DNA of 32,000 nucleotides from Gammaproteobacteria bacterium (GTDB lineage Bacteria; Pseudomonadota; Gammaproteobacteria; JBIOEC01): NCBI GenBank assembly GCA_965279305.1, contig OZ257143.1, positions 390,001 to 422,000 of the forward strand, read 5' to 3'. Shown piece by piece: positions 25,071 to 32,000 of this stretch (position 1 is its first letter; each line of letters starts with the position of its first letter). The notes under the pieces were generated by a model. It saw only the letters and a program-made list of their open reading frames with translations, ran no database searches and was not told where the DNA came from. The position numbers and the translations under genes were made by a program.

Positions 25071-25388
25071 ATGAACTTACAAGTCATAAAATCCATGGGA
25101 GGACGGGATGAATACATTCTGCTACCTATTCCTATTTACCATTCATTACAAACTGAAATAGCTGAAAAAATCAAAGGTTGGCAGCATAAAGAAGCTGAAT
25201 ATCTAGACTTTTCACTAGAAGACTTTGTGAGCAATCCTGTTGCTTTGGCTCGTATAAAGGCCAAATTAACCCAAACAGAATTAGCTGAAAAAGCGGGTGT
25301 TTCACAAGCCTATATCAGCAAATTAGAGGCAAGCCCTCAAATATCAGCCAAAATACTGCATAAAATCATGGAGGCCATTGACAGATAA
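25071..25388 (+). CDS. XRE-family helix-turn-helix transcriptional regulator (antitoxin-like architecture)
   Basis: C-terminal HTH LTQTELAEKAGVSQAYISKLE. N-terminal ~45-aa extension of unknown fold. Confidence 0.7.
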   Translation: MNLQVIKSMGGRDEYILLPIPIYHSLQTEIAEKIKGWQHKEAEYLDFSLEDFVSNPVALARIKAKLTQTELAEKAGVSQAYISKLEASPQISAKILHKIMEAIDR

Positions 25389-25436
25389 GGGCAAACCCAG
25401 CAGCATGTTAGCTTGCTTATATAAAAGAGACGAGCT

Positions 25437-26021
25437 ATGGTAGATTTTAGTGATTGGAAATATTACCCTTCAAGTAAAACCGAGCTAAATCTGTACCTAC
25501 AAGCTTTAACGGATGATGATATTCCATCTCTTATCGAGTTCTTAAATCAACACCCTGAAATTACCTCTCTTATTCTAATCAGCAACAAAATAGGTGACGC
25601 AGGTGCTAAGCTCCTCGCCGCGAATACTACCATTATCAGCCTGGGTCTTAGTGCTAATCAAGTTGGAGATGAAGGGGCTATGGCTCTTGCTGCCACTACC
25701 TCTATTGTTTACTTGAACCTGTACCATAACAAAATTGGGGTTAAAGGCGCTAAAGCGCTCGCTTCAAACTATATTATTATTTCATTAGATCTTCATGCTA
25801 ACGTGATAGGAGAGGAAGGTAGAGAAGCTCTAGAAGAAGACAATCCTATTAAAAGAACCAATTTAGGCAGATCCGTTGGGATGGCCGCACCCGTACCTTC
25901 TTTGAAGAGGATTGCTCTTTACCAGGTACAAGAATTAGATATAAAGGGACAAATCCCCTCAAAAGAATTGGAGATTTTACCCCCCGATCAGATAAAAGCC
26001 GTTTACAACTCGCGCCCTTAA
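25437..26021 (+). CDS. Leucine-rich repeat protein, ribonuclease-inhibitor (RNI/LRR_6) type, eukaryotic-like effector candidate
   Basis: Five consecutive ~28-aa repeats of the form L.L..N.IGD.GA..LA: ITSLILISNKIGDAGAKLLA, IISLGLSANQVGDEGAMALA, IVYLNLYHNKIGVKGAKALA, IISLDLHANVIGEEGREAL. Confidence 0.75.
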   Translation: MVDFSDWKYYPSSKTELNLYLQALTDDDIPSLIEFLNQHPEITSLILISNKIGDAGAKLLAANTTIISLGLSANQVGDEGAMALAATTSIVYLNLYHNKIGVKGAKALASNYIIISLDLHANVIGEEGREALEEDNPIKRTNLGRSVGMAAPVPSLKRIALYQVQELDIKGQIPSKELEILPPDQIKAVYNSRP

Positions 26022-26038
26022 GGCGCTAGGCCTCAAAC

Positions 26039-26066
26039 TTGCAAAAACCTGAATATGTGATATAGT
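26039..26066 (+). promoter_or_regulatory. Candidate rho promoter giving a ~210-nt leader
   Basis: TTGCAA (26039..26044), 16-nt spacer, TATAGT (26061..26066) preceded by TGa (extended -10). The leader contains hairpin gagcc-caaaa-ggctc (~26109-26123). Confidence 0.4.
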
Positions 26067-26283
26067 ATTGAAAAAAGCAAGAAAGGCAATTCGTCAATTC
26101 TTCAGCTCCGAGCCCAAAAGGCTCTACCTTAAATTCCCGGTTAGAAATTTCAAACCTCGAGTAAGTGCTGAAGTGTATTTTCCTGCTATGTGTTCCCCAA
26201 TGATACCAATATTTACCCAAGGTAGTATTTCCACTTTTATCATGCTGCTTTGTGTAAGTGTTGGACTATAAAATAGAGAGTTT

Positions 26284-27543
26284 ATGAACTTAACAGAATT
26301 AAAGAAACGACCCGCCGCAGAATTAATGCAAATGGCGCAAGATATGAAGATTGAAAATATCTCTCGCGCTCGCAAACAAGATTTAGTATTTGGAATTCTT
26401 AAAGAACTAGCCCGTAAAGGTGAAGATATTTCTGGCGATGGCGTATTAGAAATTTTACAAGACGGTTTTGGTTTTTTACGCTCGGCGGATGGTTCTTATT
26501 TAGCCGGCCCCGATGATATTTATGTGTCTCCTAGCCAAATTCGTCGTTTCAGTTTACGTACCGGTGATATGGTAGCAGGCCTTATTCGCCCACCTAAAGA
26601 AGGCGAACGTTATTTTGCTCTTCTTAAAGTAGATACCATTAACTACGAAGATCCTGAAAACTGCCGTAACAAAATTTTATTTGAAAATTTAACTCCTATA
26701 TTCCCTAATGAACGTATTATTATGGAACGCGGAAATGGTAGCACCGAAGATATTACTGCACGTGTTATCGATTTAGCAGCGCCATGGGGTAAAGGACAAC
26801 GTGGTTTAATTGTTTCTCCGCCTAAAGCCGGTAAAACAGTGATGCTACAAAATATCGCACAATCTTTAGCGCATAACTATCCTGATATTAAATTAATTGT
26901 TTTATTAATTGATGAACGTCCTGAAGAAGTAACCGAAATGGAACGCTCAGTACGCGGCGAAGTAATTGCAAGTACATTTGATGAACCTGCAACACGTCAC
27001 GTGCAAGTAGCCGAAATGGTTATTGAAAAAGCAAAACGTTTAGTTGAACATCGTCATGACGTTGTGATTTTATTAGATTCTATTACTCGTTTAGCTCGCG
27101 CTTACAACACGGTTGTTCCTGCATCAGGAAAAGTATTAACCGGTGGTGTGGATGCAAACGCATTACAACGCCCTAAACGTTTCTTTGGTGCTGCACGTAA
27201 TATTGAAGAAGGCGGAAGCTTATCTATTATTGCTACGGCATTAATCGATACCGGCTCTAAAATGGATGAAGTGATCTATGAAGAGTTTAAAGGTACGGGT
27301 AATATGGAATTACATTTAGATCGTCGTATTGCAGAAAAACGCGTATATCCTGCGATCAATATTACTAAATCAGGTACTCGTCGTGAAGAATTAATCACGA
27401 ATCCTGATGAGCTTCAAAAAATATGGATCTTACGTAAAGTGTTACATCCTATGGATGAAACCACGGCAATGGAATTTTTGTTAGAGCGTTTACGTTCAAC
27501 AAAAACAAATGATGAGTTTTTTGATTCAATGAAACGCTCATAA
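26284..27543 (+). CDS. rho: Transcription termination factor Rho
   Basis: N-terminal [11 protein letters not shown]...A and the RNA-binding CSD-like domain ([14 protein letters not shown]). Walker A SPPKAGKT. 419 aa. Confidence 0.97.
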   Translation: MNLTELKKRPAAELMQMAQDMKIENISRARKQDLVFGILKELARKGEDISGDGVLEILQDGFGFLRSADGSYLAGPDDIYVSPSQIRRFSLRTGDMVAGLIRPPKEGERYFALLKVDTINYEDPENCRNKILFENLTPIFPNERIIMERGNGSTEDITARVIDLAAPWGKGQRGLIVSPPKAGKTVMLQNIAQSLAHNYPDIKLIVLLIDERPEEVTEMERSVRGEVIASTFDEPATRHVQVAEMVIEKAKRLVEHRHDVVILLDSITRLARAYNTVVPASGKVLTGGVDANALQRPKRFFGAARNIEEGGSLSIIATALIDTGSKMDEVIYEEFKGTGNMELHLDRRIAEKRVYPAINITKSGTRREELITNPDELQKIWILRKVLHPMDETTAMEFLLERLRSTKTNDEFFDSMKRS

Positions 27544-27546
27544 CAC

Positions 27547-28269
27547 ATGGCCACACCTGCTGGAAGTGCACAACCCATCGTAACCGCCGAATTGGTGGAT
27601 TGTGAATTTCTTCCTCATGGTGTGCGCCGTGTTTTTTTGCGATTACCTAGCGACACTTCTTTCTCTTACCAAGCCGGACAATATTTATTTTTAGTGCTCA
27701 ATAATGGTGAAGAACGCCCTTATTCTATTGCCAATGCACCTAAAGATAATATTTTAGAATTCCATATTCATCACCCTCCTGTTGAAACTAATTTTACGCA
27801 TTTTCTCTTTAAAGAATTATTAGAAACCAAGAAAATTCAATTACATGGTTCTTATGGTCATTGCGTATATCACACGCCTGAACAAGAACGCTGGATTTTA
27901 TTAGCAGGCGGCACAGGCTTAGCGCCTTGCAAAGCTATTATTGAAGCGGCTATTGCCCATCACTCCGAAAAACCTATTGAGCTATATTGGGGTGTTCGCA
28001 CACCTGAGCATCTTTATGAAATAGAACTATTAGAAAAATGGCGTAAACAATATGCTTGGTTTCATTGGACTCCCGTGATATTTAACCCTGAAACCGCCAA
28101 TGGCGATCACCGAATGGGTATGGTGCATGAAGCTCTTATTGAAGATTACCCCGATTTATCCACACTCTTTGTATATGCCAGTGGCCCTGCACCTATGGTA
28201 CTGTCTTCTCATACAGCCCTATTGGCAGAGGGCCTTCCCGGCACACAGTTTTGGTCAGATTATACCTAG
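27547..28269 (+). CDS. Fre/FNR-family NAD(P)H-flavin oxidoreductase
   Basis: FAD-binding RPYSIA motif and NAD(P)-binding LLAGGTGLAP motif. Overall collinear with the E. coli Fre type. Only 3 nt downstream of rho. Confidence 0.7.
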   Translation: MATPAGSAQPIVTAELVDCEFLPHGVRRVFLRLPSDTSFSYQAGQYLFLVLNNGEERPYSIANAPKDNILEFHIHHPPVETNFTHFLFKELLETKKIQLHGSYGHCVYHTPEQERWILLAGGTGLAPCKAIIEAAIAHHSEKPIELYWGVRTPEHLYEIELLEKWRKQYAWFHWTPVIFNPETANGDHRMGMVHEALIEDYPDLSTLFVYASGPAPMVLSSHTALLAEGLPGTQFWSDYT

Positions 28270-28300
28270 GGTTCTCCCTAGGCTTACTAGAGCTTTTTTT
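28265..28300 (+). terminator. Hairpin plus T-run downstream of the flavin reductase gene
   Basis: cctaggg-ttct-ccctagg (28265..28282) overlaps the stop codon. The T7 run at 28294..28300 is displaced from the stem, so this is only a moderate candidate. Confidence 0.35.
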
Positions 28301-28359
28301 GAGGAAACACCCCCTAATGTGGTATAATTAACTCACTATTAACACTCAACTGAAACATT

Positions 28360-28914
28360 ATGCGTAGATACATCCCCGTTTTATTACTGGGCGTTACGCT
28401 CTCCGCCTACGGCGAAGCGGTTAAACCAGAAACGGAAAAGAGCCATGCTCAATTCGTTCCCTGGAAAGCCTCAAAATACCGTGCTTACCATGATAATCCT
28501 GCCATGATCTGGGAAAGAGCCGGTGTATTTAATGATTTCTGGGGTATTGAAGGACAACGTCCTACTTTTAACCGACAAGATTACCTGCGATATAGCCCTG
28601 CTGATATGCCTGGCTATACCCAAAAGAACCAAAAAGCCATAAACGTATTAGGGGTGGGAAAGCTGCCTGTTTCGGATGCTTTCGCCTTTTTTGCCAAAGC
28701 GGGGCCGGCTTATTATCAGCCGCTTTTACAACAAAGCCCCGATTCAGTATCTATGGACTCTCAAGAGTTCAATGTATGGGGCGTAAGCTACTCTACAGGC
28801 GCTAGTTTCTATTTAAGCCCTAGAGTAGAGTTCAGCCTAGAATATATGCGTACCGAAGTAGACCAATTAGATGTAGAAAGCAGTAACGCCCAATTGAGCT
28901 GGAGTTTTAAGTAA
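28360..28914 (+). CDS. Small outer-membrane beta-barrel protein (OMP_b-brl-like), putative
   Basis: Signal peptide MRRYIPVLLLGVTLSAYG/EA. Alternating-hydrophobicity strands (WGVSYSTGASFYL, VEFSLEYMRT). C-terminal aromatic signature LSWSFK. Confidence 0.45.
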   Translation: MRRYIPVLLLGVTLSAYGEAVKPETEKSHAQFVPWKASKYRAYHDNPAMIWERAGVFNDFWGIEGQRPTFNRQDYLRYSPADMPGYTQKNQKAINVLGVGKLPVSDAFAFFAKAGPAYYQPLLQQSPDSVSMDSQEFNVWGVSYSTGASFYLSPRVEFSLEYMRTEVDQLDVESSNAQLSWSFK

Positions 28915-30575
28915 TGCCTATTATGTCTTTTAGTATTCCAACAGTTGATATCACCGTTGATGGGCACACCATCACTACCCCTGCCTATGAGCTAAACCCA
29001 GGTTCCTCATTGTATCCCACAGCATTGGGTACCACCTCATTAAGAGAAAACGTAAAAGGCTGGTATAACGATACCTATATGATTGCCGTAGCAAAACAGA
29101 TAGTAGACCACCCTGGCATCACCAAAGAAACCGCGGCTAAGATCACCAAACAAGCTCATCAATATATGAAAACCCATCTTAATAGAGGGCTTGATGAGAT
29201 CCGTACCGATAGAGGCACTACACCTACAAAAACAAAAACTCCTACTTTATCTAATGCCGTATTAAAAGTATCAACCCATATAGTAAATGCCGCTTTAAAT
29301 TTAAGAAAAGATCAAACGGATAGAAAAATCCCTACTTATGAAAATAGTATCGAATTACTTATAAAAATTGGATTTACATCTCAAGGCAAAGTTTCCGGAG
29401 TTTTAGGTGATATTTTTGATAACAAGACACGAATATTTAACGGAATTGTTTGGCCAACACCATTACTTAATGTTAAAGACACAACACCGACAGATCTAAG
29501 CAAACTTTATGATAATCTTTATCTTGAATCTCCCGAAGAATTTCCTAAACTTGTTAAGAATATTATTAATAAAGTAATAAAGCTTGATAACAGGATATTT
29601 AAAAAAACAACATTCCAAACCAACGAAAAAATTATATTTGATAGATTATCTCTTTATGAATGGAAGAGTATGATAGGAAATATTCAGCGTCTTATTGCTG
29701 GCTCGCTATTTACTATAGCTCCTCTTATTCCCCATTTAAAAAAAATGTTCTCAAATGAAGAGGAGTTAATAAAATACATCACGTCTTTCACAAGAGATGC
29801 GGTTATGAAAAATTGTGAAAATGATTTGTTAACTGAGGCTGAACAATCAATACAGATTCAGGTTATTAAAGTTATTTTCGCAGAAACCCTTTCTGAGCTT
29901 ATCCCTTATTTATTAAGAAAAAAACCTTCGCCCTCTCCAGCTGAAATCGTAAAAATTGCTCAAAAACTTCGCTTTTATCTTTTTTCAGAAGTCAATACTA
30001 CCGGTAAATTTGTTCTTCAAGAATTAGTAGATAAATTAAAAGACGTAGTTGATAGCGGTAATTTACATTATCAAAAGCACGAAAAAGAATTATTGGAGTT
30101 TTTCTTAGAACAATTCTTTGATAAAGCACCATCAAAAGAATTAGCTTTATTAATACAAAAAAGAAACGATGAGTTTTTCAAAAAACAAATGTTTAAAGAA
30201 AAATTAGAAAAAGCCATTCCTGTCACCTACCCAGCAGAACGAGATATTATTAATAGAATTCCTCCGAGAAAATATCTCTCTAGCCATGAGAGAAAAAGCA
30301 TTTGTAATGATATATTACGAATATGCACTATTGCTCCCCTAAAAATAAAAATTGAAGCTATTAGGGATCAATTAGGACAATTTTCAGATGTAAAAAGAAG
30401 AATGAGCATGAAAAGACCTTCTGCTGCTGCAGTTAGCGCTGCAGAGAAAGTTATTGAAGATGAAACATTACAATTAATGGATTTTGATGACCTAGTTATT
30501 CCCCGAGTAACTATTCCAGCATCTCCTGCGCCAACACCACCTCCTGCATCAGCAGCAGTGGCTGTTGCAACGTAG
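28914..30575 (+). CDS. Hypothetical 553-aa protein (orphan, effector candidate) with Pro/Ala-rich C-terminal tail
   Basis: The start codon shares one base with the upstream stop (TAATG at 28912..28916). No signal peptide. Lys/Glu/Ile-rich, helical-looking body. Tail is IPASPAPTPPPASAAVAVAT. Confidence 0.5.
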   Translation: MPIMSFSIPTVDITVDGHTITTPAYELNPGSSLYPTALGTTSLRENVKGWYNDTYMIAVAKQIVDHPGITKETAAKITKQAHQYMKTHLNRGLDEIRTDRGTTPTKTKTPTLSNAVLKVSTHIVNAALNLRKDQTDRKIPTYENSIELLIKIGFTSQGKVSGVLGDIFDNKTRIFNGIVWPTPLLNVKDTTPTDLSKLYDNLYLESPEEFPKLVKNIINKVIKLDNRIFKKTTFQTNEKIIFDRLSLYEWKSMIGNIQRLIAGSLFTIAPLIPHLKKMFSNEEELIKYITSFTRDAVMKNCENDLLTEAEQSIQIQVIKVIFAETLSELIPYLLRKKPSPSPAEIVKIAQKLRFYLFSEVNTTGKFVLQELVDKLKDVVDSGNLHYQKHEKELLEFFLEQFFDKAPSKELALLIQKRNDEFFKKQMFKEKLEKAIPVTYPAERDIINRIPPRKYLSSHERKSICNDILRICTIAPLKIKIEAIRDQLGQFSDVKRRMSMKRPSAAAVSAAEKVIEDETLQLMDFDDLVIPRVTIPASPAPTPPPASAAVAVAT

Positions 30576-30576
30576 T

Positions 30577-31341
30577 TTATTCTACTTCTTTGAAGCGCTG
30601 TAATTGAGAGGCGGCTTGATAATTGCGCCAGGCTTGTTCAGGTTTATTTAACTGTTGTTGAACATACGCTAATTCTAGATAAGCAGGAACACTAGGTTTT
30701 TCAGTAATGCTTTGTTGCAAAAATTGCTCCGCTTTTCCCCACTCTTGTGCATTTTTCGCTAAGCGCCCTGCAGATAATAATACATCCGGATCTCTAGGAT
30801 ACTGCGCCACCCATTGATGCACTTTCTTTAAACGCTTCTCCGCTTGTTGCTGCAATAAACCATAATAACTTACAAAATTAGGCTGCCATTGGCGATCTAA
30901 TTGCCATTCAATAATATCACTGACTTGTGCTTCATCGCCCAAACGTAATGCTGCACGCACATAAGCATTCGCACACAAAGGATCATGTCGCCAGCGATTA
31001 GAAAGTGATTTCCATACCTGGTTTAATTCAGCGGCATCTTTGGCTTGGTTTAATTGTTGCAAGGCTTGTTGAAGTGTATGCTCTTGAGCTTGGTTTCTTT
31101 GCTCTTTGCGGTTTCTCCAAAAATTTGTCCACCGATATGGAACAGAAACTACCCATCGTGAAATTCGCGACAAAAAGATATAGACCAATAATAATACTAA
31201 AAAGCCAAAAATAATCAACCATAATTGAATTTGAACAGTCCATTCTTTATAAGAAAAAGTAACTATATTTTGTGTTTGTGCAAAAAACAAAGCGGCAATA
31301 ATTAATAACGTAATAATCGTGATAAATAAAATTCGTTTCAT
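30577..31341 (-). CDS. hemY: HemY-like heme-biosynthesis-associated TPR membrane protein (short form)
   Basis: Two N-terminal TMs followed by W.NFWRNRKEQRNQAQ (compare E. coli HemY GWFVGRKRRRARKQ). C-terminal TPR resembles the HemY end (EWGKAEQFLQQSI...LNKPEQA). Overlaps the upstream hemX-like gene by 4 nt. Confidence 0.65.
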   Translation of the reverse strand: MKRILFITIITLLIIAALFFAQTQNIVTFSYKEWTVQIQLWLIIFGFLVLLLVYIFLSRISRWVVSVPYRWTNFWRNRKEQRNQAQEHTLQQALQQLNQAKDAAELNQVWKSLSNRWRHDPLCANAYVRAALRLGDEAQVSDIIEWQLDRQWQPNFVSYYGLLQQQAEKRLKKVHQWVAQYPRDPDVLLSAGRLAKNAQEWGKAEQFLQQSITEKPSVPAYLELAYVQQQLNKPEQAWRNYQAASQLQRFKEVE

Positions 31342-32000
31342 GGAGTTAATTCCTGCGTTGCAGTGATTAATGCTTGTTGCGTTTGATTCACATTCGCTCC
31401 CGAAAAATCTAGAGGTTGTTGTGATAATTGATTAATAGTTTGAGAAACACTTTCTCTATCACTCAACCAAGATAATGATTGTTGCGTTACCCAAGGCGTA
31501 GCACTATTTAATGCTAATTGGTATTCCATAGCATTTCCTTGCATCAAGGCAAACTGTGCTTGATACATCGCTAATTGCAACATAACACCACCGTAAAAAG
31601 CAGGTAATGCTGAATCGGTTAGCGCATCAGAATGCTGTACTTGCACTGCATTTTGAAATTGATGTTTTAATTTATCTACCAATGTTTCATCGGCAGGGGC
31701 CGTGGTAGTTGGAGCAGGCGTTTCGGTAACGGGCCCAAAATGAGCCAGCATTTGCTGATTAATATGCTGCTGCAATTGTTGCACTTGGCCTAATACTTGC
31801 TGCTTATTCGTCTGAACATATTGAATTTTTTCGCTATCAGCCACAATAGCAGTTTGTATGGCTTGTTGTTGTGATAGTGGTAATTGCACGAGTTCTGCTT
31901 CTAAAATACTGAGCAAACTCATGGCCAGTGAAAATTGTTGGTTATTTAATAATAATTGAATAACGGTGGCTTGATTAAGCATATTGGTTAACAGTTCTCT
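31338..32000 (-). CDS. hemX: HemX-like protein (C-terminal part; reading frame stays open to the window edge)
   Basis: Gln-rich coiled-coil protein immediately upstream of hemY, the standard hemX position. The frame has no stop between 31982 and 32000, so the true start is probably outside the window. Confidence 0.5.
   Translation of the reverse strand, partial: RELLTNMLNQATVIQLLLNNQQFSLAMSLLSILEAELVQLPLSQQQAIQTAIVADSEKIQYVQTNKQQVLGQVQQLQQHINQQMLAHFGPVTETPAPTTTAPADETLVDKLKHQFQNAVQVQHSDALTDSALPAFYGGVMLQLAMYQAQFALMQGNAMEYQLALNSATPWVTQQSLSWLSDRESVSQTINQLSQQPLDFSGANVNQTQQALITATQELTP

Noticed and set aside
25071-25388. Calling the XRE-type gene part of a toxin-antitoxin module
   Set aside because: No small toxin-like ORF is adjacent or overlapping. 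The neighbours are a 321-aa secreted orphan and an LRR protein.
26026-26375. Short ORFs (64, 67 and 83 aa) on both strands upstream of and overlapping the rho start
   Set aside because: They overlap one another and the rho leader and start. They have no RBS and no motif. The region is better explained as the rho 5' leader.
31005-31243. 69-aa plus-strand and 71-aa minus-strand ORFs inside hemY
   Set aside because: One is antisense and the other is an alternate frame within the HemY-like gene. The HemY-like gene has matching N- and C-terminal family features.
1-32000. Search for CRISPR arrays, IS/transposase/integrase genes, tRNA/rRNA genes and prophage remnants
   Set aside because: By eye I found no spaced direct-repeat array. 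No ORF has transposase or integrase motifs. I recognised no tRNA T-arm (GTTCGAATC-like) or rRNA signatures. The accessory islets have no detectable flanking repeats. A computational scan (tRNAscan-SE, Infernal, ISfinder BLAST) is needed to confirm this.

Overview
AT-rich gammaproteobacterial chromosome segment. It is a mosaic of housekeeping genes and short accessory islets. Eukaryotic-like proteins (U-box, TKL-like kinase, RNI-type LRR) sit among the core genes, which suggests a Legionellales-type intracellular bacterium. That taxon call is inference only. Left 6 kb: a contiguous minus-strand type II secretion operon, gspC-D-E-F-G plus the start of gspH. Next come dsbB, fdxA, a Lys/Ala-rich histone-H1-like protein, xthA, priA and two orphan ORFs. 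The most unusual locus is a tightly packed minus-strand gene string at 12607-17360. It runs phhA, phhB, an Ala-rich 139-aa protein, two tandem paralogous ThiF/E1-like adenylyltransferases, and a LeuA/NifV-type (DRE-TIM, HMGL-like) synthase fused to a C-terminal cupin. This string has no ubiquitin-like/ThiS/MoaD partner, E2, JAB, YcaO or rhodanese gene. I flag it as the best candidate for an undescribed system, either small-molecule or protein/peptide-modifying. A divergent effector-like pair follows: a membrane-anchored U-box E3 ligase and a 944-aa lipase-TM-coiled-coil-kinase fusion. After that come argS, a SPOR-domain protein, a secreted orphan, an XRE-type regulator with a near-consensus promoter carrying a tandem 10-bp repeat, an RNI-type LRR protein, and rho with a long leader. 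The window ends with a Fre-type flavin reductase, a small OM beta-barrel protein translationally coupled to a 553-aa orphan, and hemY/hemX. I could not identify any rRNA, tRNA, CRISPR array, transposase or integrase.
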